Positions 56,365-64,000 of a stretch of 64,000 nt of DNA are shown in pieces. The first letter of the stretch is position 1. Every line of letters starts with the position of its first letter. The notes under the pieces were generated by a model that saw nothing but the letters and a program-made list of their open reading frames with translations, made no database searches and had not been told where the DNA came from. Made by a program: the position numbers and the translations under genes. Source of the DNA: an uncultured Thermoplasmata archaeon (GTDB taxonomy: Archaea > Thermoplasmatota > Thermoplasmata > RBG-16-68-12); contig CAVYJM010000006.1 of assembly GCA_963768855.1 (NCBI GenBank), forward strand, positions 128,001 through 192,000. Direction: 5' to 3'.

Positions 56365-57570
56365 ATGGAACGGGGGACCTCGGATTCCGACCGGCCGGCC
56401 GCGCCTCGAGCCCGGCTCGTCTTCGCCTGGCTGTTCGTCGGCTCGACCGCCGCGTCGTACGGCGTCTTCCTCCTTGCCCTCCTCTCCTTCCTCGTCGTCT
56501 CGGGCCTCGGGTTCACCGAGGCGACGCTCGGCGCGGCGATGGCGGCCCTGGACATCGGCGGATTCGCGAGTCCCTTCATCGCGGGGATCTTCGCGGACCG
56601 GGCAGGTTTGAAGCCGGTCAGCCTGGCCGGACTCGGATGCGTCGCTGCGGGCGCCTTCCTGTCCGGAATCTCCCCCACGGTCCTCCCCTTCATCGCGGGC
56701 CAGTTCCTGCTCGGGGCGGGCCTCGCGATGTTCGGCGTCATGGCGTATGCCTGGATCAACGAGAGCCTGGGCGAGCGGAGGGGAGCCTTCCTCGGGGTCT
56801 ACGTCGTGTCCATCGCCCTCGGCCTCGGAGTCGCGGGCCTCACGGTCGCGTTCCTCCTCCCCCTGGCGCCCTCCTGGAGGACGTACTACCTCCTCGCGGC
56901 CATCCTGGCGATCGTCCCGATGGGCGCCCTGGCCGTCTTCCTCCCGCGGGGCATGGGCGTCCCGCTGCGGCCCAAGGACATCCGGAAGGCCCTGCGGAAT
57001 CGGGACGTTCAGTGGATCGCGGGACTCCAGTTCCTCGTGGGCTTCGGCTGGAGTGCCTACAGCTGGCTGCCCTTCTTCCTCGCGGTGGTCCAGGGGCTCG
57101 ACCTGAGGGTCGCGGTCCTCCTCTTCGTCGGGAGCGCGGCCGTGTGGGCCGCTTCCGGCGTGCTCTTTGGCCGGATCGCGGACCGCGGATGGTCCCGCTC
57201 CCTGATCGTCCTCGGCGGGCTGGCCACGGGGATCGCCTACGCGGGCGTCTTTGTCGCCAGGGACCTCACGCTCTCCGCCGTCTGTCTCCTCGTCTTCGCG
57301 TTCTTCTGGCCCTGCGGCTCCCTGATCCCGATCACGTTCCTGGGACAGCGCCTGGGCCCGAAGGCGCAGCGGACGGAGGTAGGGCTCCAGGAGAACATGT
57401 TCCTCTCGGGGGAGGGCGTCGGCGCGGCGCTCGCCGGCGTCCTGGCGGGAGTCTGGGGTCTCACCGCGGCCCTCTTCGTCGTCTCGACCTCGGGGACCCT
57501 CCTGGCGGCCCTCCTCTTCTTCGTGGCCTTCGGGATCGGGAGGGACGGGACGACCACGGCGGTCTCGTGA
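56365..57570 (+). CDS. MFS transporter
   Basis: About 12 TM segments; GIFADRAG and GRIADRG motif A copies. Confidence 0.88.
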   Translation: MERGTSDSDRPAAPRARLVFAWLFVGSTAASYGVFLLALLSFLVVSGLGFTEATLGAAMAALDIGGFASPFIAGIFADRAGLKPVSLAGLGCVAAGAFLSGISPTVLPFIAGQFLLGAGLAMFGVMAYAWINESLGERRGAFLGVYVVSIALGLGVAGLTVAFLLPLAPSWRTYYLLAAILAIVPMGALAVFLPRGMGVPLRPKDIRKALRNRDVQWIAGLQFLVGFGWSAYSWLPFFLAVVQGLDLRVAVLLFVGSAAVWAASGVLFGRIADRGWSRSLIVLGGLATGIAYAGVFVARDLTLSAVCLLVFAFFWPCGSLIPITFLGQRLGPKAQRTEVGLQENMFLSGEGVGAALAGVLAGVWGLTAALFVVSTSGTLLAALLFFVAFGIGRDGTTTAVS

Positions 57571-57648
57571 TGGAGTTCGATCCGGTCCGGCGCAGAGGCG
57601 GCGAGTACGTACCAACGATTTTAGAGGTCGGGAGCGAGTGGGCCGCGC

Positions 57649-57990
57649 ATGACCTTCCGACGCGTGTCCATCTCGACCCGGGTCTTCTCGAGGCGCAGCT
57701 CCGTCCTGACGTGGATCAACCGCCGTCCCGTCCTCGTGGCCAAAGTCGGGGACGAGATCTACGCGATGGATGCGGTCTGCGCCCACATGGGTTGCGCTCT
57801 CCTTACTGAGGTGAGTGGCCCGCAGGTCACGTGCCCCGCCCATGAGGCGGTCTGGGACGTCCGAACGGGGGCGTTGGTCTCCGAGCCGAAGATCAAGCCC
57901 GAGATGCCCTGCGAGGAGGAAGGTCTCAAGGCCCCTCTGCGGACGTATCCGGCTCGCGAGCACGACGGCTTCGTCGAAATCGACATCTGA
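57649..57990 (+). CDS. Rieske [2Fe-2S] ferredoxin
   Basis: CAH...CPAH, DVRTG. Confidence 0.9.
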   Translation: MTFRRVSISTRVFSRRSSVLTWINRRPVLVAKVGDEIYAMDAVCAHMGCALLTEVSGPQVTCPAHEAVWDVRTGALVSEPKIKPEMPCEEEGLKAPLRTYPAREHDGFVEIDI

Positions 57991-58024
57991 CGGACGGGAG
58001 AGACGCTCGCCTCGGGCTACCGGC

Positions 58025-58888
58025 TCAGATCGGCGTGCCCGTGCTGGTCACGAGCTCCCGGTACGCCTTCATGAGCGCCTTCGTCTGCGACCCTGGCTTG
58101 CCGTCGCCGATCTGCCGGCCGTCCACCTCGACCACGGGACCGATCTCCGCGGCCGTGCCCGTGATGAACGCCTCTTCCGAGGCCCAGACATCGTACAAGG
58201 TGAAGAGCCGCTCCTCCGACTTCAGCCCGATCTGGGGCGCGAGCTCGAGGATCGTCTCCCGCGTGACGCCCGGCAGGTTCGTCGAAGACCAGGGCGTGGT
58301 CACGGTGTGGTTGCGGACGATGAAGAAATTGTCCGCGGTCGCCTCGGAGACATAGCCGTGGATGTCGAGCATGAGGGCCTCGTCGGCCCCGTACTGGTTC
58401 GCCTCGACGCGGGCCATGATGTTGTTCAGGTAGTTGAGCGACTTGATCGAGGGGCTCAGGCTCTGCGGGGGGACGCGGCGGTACGAGGAGGTCACGACCT
58501 TCATGCCCCGCTCGTAGACCTTGCCGTACAGGCTGATCTGGGGCTGGGCGATGATGACGACGCTCGATCCCTTCTTGCACTTGCGCGGGTCGAGTCCCAG
58601 GTCCCCCGGGCCGCGCGTCACGACGGGACGGATGTAGCCGTCGTGGATGTCGTTCTTGCGGCACGCCTCGACGATGAGCGCCGCCATCTCCTCCTTCGTA
58701 TGCGGGATCTTGAGGTCGATGGCCTTCGCGCTGTTGAAGAGCCGGTCCATATGGCGGTCGAGCTTGAAGATCCGCCCGTTGTACGCGCGGATCCCCTCGA
58801 AGACGCCGTCCCCATAGAGGAGACCGTGGTCGAAGACGCTGATCTTCGCCTCCGACTGAGGGTAGAACTTGCCGTCGACGTAGACCAT
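58025..58888 (-). CDS. ilvE: Branched-chain amino acid aminotransferase
   Basis: LLYGDGVFEG, IKSLNY, LPGVTR, TGTAAE. Confidence 0.95.
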   Translation of the reverse strand: MVYVDGKFYPQSEAKISVFDHGLLYGDGVFEGIRAYNGRIFKLDRHMDRLFNSAKAIDLKIPHTKEEMAALIVEACRKNDIHDGYIRPVVTRGPGDLGLDPRKCKKGSSVVIIAQPQISLYGKVYERGMKVVTSSYRRVPPQSLSPSIKSLNYLNNIMARVEANQYGADEALMLDIHGYVSEATADNFFIVRNHTVTTPWSSTNLPGVTRETILELAPQIGLKSEERLFTLYDVWASEEAFITGTAAEIGPVVEVDGRQIGDGKPGSQTKALMKAYRELVTSTGTPI

Positions 58889-58965
58889 GAGTTCCAAGGC
58901 TGGAGCCCCCAACGGGCCTCGATAACAACGCACCCGCTAAAAGCGTTTTGCGGGAATCGGACGTC

Positions 58966-59871
58966 TCACCGGAACCGCTCGCCCGTGAGCCGCTCGAACA
59001 GCCCGACGTACAGGTCCGAGACTTGTCTTACGACGTCGTCCGGGAGGGCGGGGATGTCCGGCTCCGGCTTCTTCCCCGCGCGGGCGTCCATGAGCGCCTG
59101 GTGGTACCCGGTCTTCCGGTAGTACTGGCGGACGAACTCCTTGCTGAGCTCGACGTGCTCCCCCTTCGCGTACGCCTCGGCGTCCCACCATCGGTCCTCG
59201 TCGGCGGTGCCGAACGTGTCGATCAACATGAGCGCGCGTTCCCTGTCCATCGCGAACTCCTTCTTCCCGTCCACATGGATCAGGCCGCGCCTCTTCACGT
59301 CCGCGTTGATCTTCGCGTCGATCTTGAGGACCGCCGACACGAGGTCGTCGTACTCGCGCTCGGAGAGCTTCGAGATCTCGAGGGCCTCCTCCCTTGTGAG
59401 CTCGCGGTCCACCTTCTCCAGTTTCGTCGTGACCTCGACGAACGGCTCGGGGAACGGCTCTCCGTAGGCGGGCACGTGTCCCTTCGGGAAACCGACGTCC
59501 TCCGGGCGCACCTTGCCCGATTTCAGGCGGTCGTGCATCGAGCCCGCGACGTAGTAGCGCGCGATGACCTCGAGCGGGATGAGGAAGTTCCTCGTCGTCG
59601 GGGTGATCCGGTCGTAGTCCGGGATGACCTGGACGCGCTTCACGCGCATCTTGTTGGGCCCGCTCACCCGCAGAAAGTGGGTGCGGAGGCCCAGGTCCTT
59701 CACCACCTGGAACCAGTGGGCCGACGTGCGGCAGAGAGTCTCTCCCTTGTACGGGATCAGGCTGGGGATGACCTTGTCGAAGACGCTGATCTGGTCTGTG
59801 AAGACGAACTCGAGTTCGTCGGCGGCGACCTCGTAGACTTCCTTGACCTTGCCCTTCCGTAGGAACTTCAT
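58966..59871 (-). CDS. purC: SAICAR synthase
   Basis: GKVKEVY, DQISVFD, TTK, DGKKEF, DEDRWW, SKEFVR. Confidence 0.93.
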   Translation of the reverse strand: MKFLRKGKVKEVYEVAADELEFVFTDQISVFDKVIPSLIPYKGETLCRTSAHWFQVVKDLGLRTHFLRVSGPNKMRVKRVQVIPDYDRITPTTRNFLIPLEVIARYYVAGSMHDRLKSGKVRPEDVGFPKGHVPAYGEPFPEPFVEVTTKLEKVDRELTREEALEISKLSEREYDDLVSAVLKIDAKINADVKRRGLIHVDGKKEFAMDRERALMLIDTFGTADEDRWWDAEAYAKGEHVELSKEFVRQYYRKTGYHQALMDARAGKKPEPDIPALPDDVVRQVSDLYVGLFERLTGERFR

Positions 59872-59908
59872 CGGCTCCACCCCGGCGCGGCAGATGGAGC
59901 CGTCGTTT

Positions 59909-60466
59909 TTAGGGCTTGTGGTATTCGATGCGGGCTGCGACCTCGTCCGCGAGCTGACCGTCGAAGTACTTCCTCAGCAGATGGAGTCCGAGGTCTATCG
60001 ACGCGGTCACGCCCCCGGACGTTGTGACGAGGCCGTCCTCCACGACGCGATCCTCGACGACCGTTGCCACGTCCCGCAGCTCGTCGCGCGCGGTGTGGTG
60101 GGTCGTGACCCGGCGGCCCGCGAGCAGGCCAGCCGCCTTTAGGATGACCGCCCCTGTGCAGACGCTCGCGATGGGCTTCTCCGTGCCGAAGGCGAGGAGT
60201 TCGTCCAGGAGGCCGGGGTCCTTCATGACCTCCTTGTAACCGAGGCCGCCAGGCACGACGAGGAGGTCCAGATCGTCGAAATCCGCGCGGACGTCGTGGG
60301 CGAGCATTTTCATCCCGAGGGCCGCGGTAATCGTCTCCTTCCGCGCCCGAGTGCGGACGATCAGGTCGAGCTGCGGATGGAGTTGCTTCGCCTTCGCGAG
60401 GACCTCGTAGACGCCCATCGCGTCGAGCTCCTCGACGCCATCGAAGAGGAGGATGCCCACCCGCAT
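59909..60466 (-). CDS. DJ-1/PfpI-family protein
   Basis: FDGVEELD, VPGG, SVCTGA, TSGGV. Confidence 0.9.
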   Translation of the reverse strand: MRVGILLFDGVEELDAMGVYEVLAKAKQLHPQLDLIVRTRARKETITAALGMKMLAHDVRADFDDLDLLVVPGGLGYKEVMKDPGLLDELLAFGTEKPIASVCTGAVILKAAGLLAGRRVTTHHTARDELRDVATVVEDRVVEDGLVTTSGGVTASIDLGLHLLRKYFDGQLADEVAARIEYHKP

Positions 60467-60493
60467 GCGGACCGTGGTTGGCGGGAAGCCTAC

Positions 60494-61150
60494 TTAGTCC
60501 TTTTCATCCGCTTTCGTTGCGTGCAACGCACCCTTGTCGACGAGCCACTGCCGCGCGTCGACGTAGTCGCGGGGCTCGAAGTCCACGTGGTCCCGCAGCT
60601 TGCCGTTCGAGTTGATCCCCATCCGGACGCCAGCCTCCCTCAGGAGCGGCACGTCCATGAGGCCGTCGCCGAAGGCGAGGATGTCCTCCTTGGGGACGCT
60701 CCACCGCGACGCGAGCCCGCGGACGATATCGCCCTTCAGCCGTGGGCTCACCTGCACGCGCACGTCGCCGGTGAATGTGCCCGCCTCGTACACGAACTCG
60801 TTGCTGAAGATCGCGTCCGCCTCGAAGAGGACCATCGCGGCCTCCGCGACCTCTCGCGGACCGCCCGTCACGATCGCCACCTTGTTCCCTTGAGAGCGGA
60901 GCCAGTGGACGAACTCCTGGGCCCCCGGAACGGGACGCAGATGGCGCGCGGCGCGCAGGACCTGCGACTGGCTGAGCCCGCCGAGCAACTGGGCGCGCAG
61001 GCGGAACCCCTGCTCCCAGTCGATCCGGCCGTCGATCCCCGCCCGCGTGATCTCCGCGACCTCGTCCTCCTTTCCTAGCAAAGAGGCAAGTTCCGGCAGG
61101 AATTCATTGAAAATCAATGTATTTTCGAGGTCAAATACAACGAGTTTCAC
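60494..61150 (-). CDS. serB: Phosphoserine phosphatase-like HAD hydrolase
   Basis: FDLENTL, VTGG, K, GDGLMD. Confidence 0.8.
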   Translation of the reverse strand: MKLVVFDLENTLIFNEFLPELASLLGKEDEVAEITRAGIDGRIDWEQGFRLRAQLLGGLSQSQVLRAARHLRPVPGAQEFVHWLRSQGNKVAIVTGGPREVAEAAMVLFEADAIFSNEFVYEAGTFTGDVRVQVSPRLKGDIVRGLASRWSVPKEDILAFGDGLMDVPLLREAGVRMGINSNGKLRDHVDFEPRDYVDARQWLVDKGALHATKADEKD

Positions 61151-61259
61151 GACGACGGCCTTCGGCTCCCTGAGACAACCGGTCCTATAAATGCCCTCCG
61201 GGTCCGGAGAGCTCCTCGATTTCGGCTGGCTTAAACGTGGCGCCTCGGTCCGCAGGAGG

Positions 61260-62006
61260 TCAGAAGACCTCCATGTCCCCGTGGACCTCGAGGCCCTGGT
61301 CCGTTATGCTGTAGGGCTTGATGGATCGCGGGTGCTGGAGCCGCCGCATCTTCATGACCTGGATGACCAGCTGGACGTCGCCGTTCTCACGCTCGTTGAA
61401 CCGGAGGCCGATCACGCCGTCCGAGACGTACTCGACGAGGCCGTCCCGGCTGCTCCGAGGGTTGTCGTCCTTCACCTCGGCGGTGAAGATGCAGGTCGCC
61501 CCCGTGGTCTTGAGCTGTTGGCACAGGCCGAACAGGCGCGCGCGCCTCTCGTTGTCGTCCCCGAACATCATGTTCAGGAGGCTGACCGAGTCGACGACCA
61601 CGCGGGTCGCGTTGAACTTCTTGATGAACTCCGGGAGCTCGGAGCGGACGCGAGTGACCGTCGCCTTGGCGTCGGCGGGCTCGAGCTTGATGATGGCCAG
61701 TTTCTTGTCCTTCAGGTGGGGCCGGAGGTCCCAGCCGAACGAGGCGGCGTTCGCCGTGATCGATTCGACGTCCTCCTCCAGGGAGATGAAGATGCCCTTC
61801 TCCCCGTTGATCAGACCCTGCATGAGGAACTGCATCCCGAAGGTCGTCTTGCCCGTCCCGAAGGAGCCCATGACCGTGATGATGTGCCCGCGGGGCACGC
61901 CCCCGCCGAGCATCTCGTCCAGGCCGTCGATCCCCGTGAGCACGAGGTCTACGCCGGTCGTCGCCGTCTCCGCGTCCTTCTGGGGTGCCGCTTCCGTCTC
62001 GGTCAT
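61260..62006 (-). CDS. KaiC-like/RAD55 ATPase, intact motifs
   Basis: TGIDGLD, GSFGTGKT, SLEE, VVDS, EYVSDG, KMR. Confidence 0.92.
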   Translation of the reverse strand: MTETEAAPQKDAETATTGVDLVLTGIDGLDEMLGGGVPRGHIITVMGSFGTGKTTFGMQFLMQGLINGEKGIFISLEEDVESITANAASFGWDLRPHLKDKKLAIIKLEPADAKATVTRVRSELPEFIKKFNATRVVVDSVSLLNMMFGDDNERRARLFGLCQQLKTTGATCIFTAEVKDDNPRSSRDGLVEYVSDGVIGLRFNERENGDVQLVIQVMKMRRLQHPRSIKPYSITDQGLEVHGDMEVF

Positions 62007-62015
62007 CTGATCACC

Positions 62016-62912
62016 TCACGAGATGCGCTCCATGTAGACGACGACCAGCCCCTGGTTCGCCGAGATCATCGTCGGGAACCGCGCGATCTTGTCGCGGGGC
62101 AGATGGGGCAGGACGCCCGTGAACTTCTCCAGGTACATGTACCGCTGCCGGGTCGAGGACCGCTGGGACGTCTTCCACTCGAACACGAGGCAGCCGTCCG
62201 TCGAGTCCATGAGCATCTGTTCGTACCGCGGCTCCAGGATCCCGTTCGTGAGGAGCAGGTACACGAGGCCATCCCACTTCTTCGCCGCGCGCTGGAGGCC
62301 CTTGACCGTCGTCACGAGGTCCCGCATCTCGACCGCTTCGGAGACCGCGAGGTCCGTGATCGAGTCGATGACGACCATGGAGCCCTGGCCTTCCTCTTCG
62401 AGGAAGGTGACGAGCTCCTCTAGGATGTTCGTCGACGGCAGGTCGAAGGCGTCCTGGTGCGTCCAGCTCTGGGGCACGACGGAATGACGGTAGTACGTGG
62501 AGGAGAAGTCCTTGAAGATCGTCCGGTCACGGAAGGCGTAGAAGTACTCCGAGTTGAAGGAGGTCGCCAGCTCCGTGAGGACCGTCTCGCGGGACCGGGA
62601 GAACGTCACGTAGGCGATCTTGGAGGGCAGGTCGGACGTGTCGCAGTGGTCGCCGAGGTAGTAATGCCAGGAGCTCGGGCGCTCGTTCACGATCGCGATC
62701 TTGGACGCGGCCGTGTACGCGAACTCCTGCATCCCTGCGCCGATGTCCCCCTTCAAGAGGACCGTGGAGCCGCTGGGGAACCCGCCGTCCACGATACTGT
62801 CCAGGTCCGCGATGCCCGTCGGGACCTTGCGGATTACGATCGGTTCGTCCCTCGTCTCCTCGGACGGGAGAGTGCTCGAGCTAGTCCAAGACTCATCTTC
62901 CGTTAGAGTCAT
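62016..62912 (-). CDS. KaiC-like ATPase with degenerate Walker A
   Basis: PTGIADLD..VDGGFP; GDIGAGMQE replaces GxxGxGKT; VIDS retained. Confidence 0.85.
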   Translation of the reverse strand: MTLTEDESWTSSSTLPSEETRDEPIVIRKVPTGIADLDSIVDGGFPSGSTVLLKGDIGAGMQEFAYTAASKIAIVNERPSSWHYYLGDHCDTSDLPSKIAYVTFSRSRETVLTELATSFNSEYFYAFRDRTIFKDFSSTYYRHSVVPQSWTHQDAFDLPSTNILEELVTFLEEEGQGSMVVIDSITDLAVSEAVEMRDLVTTVKGLQRAAKKWDGLVYLLLTNGILEPRYEQMLMDSTDGCLVFEWKTSQRSSTRQRYMYLEKFTGVLPHLPRDKIARFPTMISANQGLVVVYMERIS

Positions 62913-63144
62913 CCCACTCGAGTCTCGCGAAGCGGTTCGTCGACATAAAGGCTTTTTGTAAAGGGTAGGAACGCAGTGGATCGGCATCGTCGCGGACCTA
63001 CCTCGGTGCCCCCTCGACTTTCATCTGTCACGTGCGATAATATCTCAAGAACCCGCGCGCGAGCGCGCGTGGGTCGGGGCGTTGTGGCCCGGAAAAATCC
63101 GAGAAACCTTATGACCGAGGTCGCCCTAGGCGCCCGGGACCCGG

Positions 63145-63990
63145 ATGGAAAGGGCCGCTTCTTTGTCAAACATCACGCGGTTCGCGCGGGTGGTGGACCA
63201 GCCCGAGTCGTCCCTCGACCTCGGGGAGGCCGCCCTGCTCATCGCGGAGGACGCACACCCGGGCCTCGACATCGCCGGCTACCTGAAGCGGCTCGACGAG
63301 CTCGCGGAGCCCCTCCGGGACCGCGTGCGTCCGCGGACGTCCCTCTGGGAGCGGGTCCAGACGCTGAACGGCCATCTCTTCGGGGAGCTCGGGTTCCGTG
63401 GCAACGTCGAGGACTACTACGATCCGCGGAACTCGTACCTGAACGAGGTGCTCGACCGGCGCCTTGGCATCCCGATCACGCTGAGCGTCCTCTACATCGA
63501 GGCCGCCCGCCGGATCGGGCTGACCGTCGTCGGGATCGGCCTCCCGGGGCACTTCATCGTCGAGGCCCGCCGGGACACCTCCTCCGTCCTCTTGGACCCC
63601 TTCCAGGGCGGGGAGGCGCTGACCCTGGAGGATTGCGAGCGCCTCGTCCAGGACGTCTACGGTAGCAGCGTCCCGTTCTCCGAGGAGCAGCTCGCCCCGG
63701 TCCGGAAGCGGCAGATCCTCACGCGGATGCTGAACAATCTGAAGAAGAACTACCTGGCCGAGGACGACCCGGGCCGCGCCTGGCCCGTCGTCGAGAAGAT
63801 GCTCTACCTCGACCCGGACAGCGCGCTGGACCACCGGGACCGTGGTCTCCTCGCATACCGGATGAACCGCTTCGCGGAGGCGCGGAGCGACCTGCGCTTC
63901 TACCTCGAGCGGTGCCCGGACGCCCCGGACCGGGTCGCCATCCGGGCCTCCCTGTCTGCGATCGAGGCCATCCTCCAGATGATGGCTTGA
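63145..63990 (+). CDS. SirB1/YchA-like transglutaminase-like + TPR protein
   Basis: FRGNVEDYYDPRNSYL..VLDRRLGIPITLS, PGHF, RMLNNLK, RDRG. Confidence 0.9.
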   Translation: MERAASLSNITRFARVVDQPESSLDLGEAALLIAEDAHPGLDIAGYLKRLDELAEPLRDRVRPRTSLWERVQTLNGHLFGELGFRGNVEDYYDPRNSYLNEVLDRRLGIPITLSVLYIEAARRIGLTVVGIGLPGHFIVEARRDTSSVLLDPFQGGEALTLEDCERLVQDVYGSSVPFSEEQLAPVRKRQILTRMLNNLKKNYLAEDDPGRAWPVVEKMLYLDPDSALDHRDRGLLAYRMNRFAEARSDLRFYLERCPDAPDRVAIRASLSAIEAILQMMA

Positions 63991-64000
63991 GCGCTCCGGA

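Overview
The window looks like two unrelated genomes joined at about position 18308. Positions 1-18307 are bacterial (Alphaproteobacteria-like, roughly 60% GC by eye). They carry a tRNA-Ser(CGA) followed by an integrative, mobilizable, plasmid-like element: tyrosine integrase plus Xis, RPA-family RepA with five iterons, ParA plus partner, two toxin-antitoxin pairs, a MOB-Q relaxase with oriT, and a Tn3-family transposon with only one IR visible. Its main cargo is a coupled two-gene operon encoding a cobalamin-binding radical SAM enzyme and a minimal uracil-DNA-glycosylase-fold protein, the best candidate for an undescribed system. Positions 18308-64000 are archaeal (roughly 70% GC by eye; Thermoplasmata-like by inference), with TFB, TBP, eL33, eL40, topoisomerase IA, sucCD, purC and ilvE. 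Notable features here are a TPP riboswitch ahead of an AIR-synthase-family gene and thiE, two divergent wHTH-STAND-TPR (NLR-like) regulators enclosing a cassette of small ORFs, a pair of homologous unannotated small proteins, and an active/inactive KaiC-like pair. Both genes at the junction are cut mid-sequence with no att site or IR, so an assembly chimera is the most likely explanation. Single-base indels break many genes in both halves, consistent with unpolished long-read sequence. All calls come from motif recognition by eye; no database searches were run.
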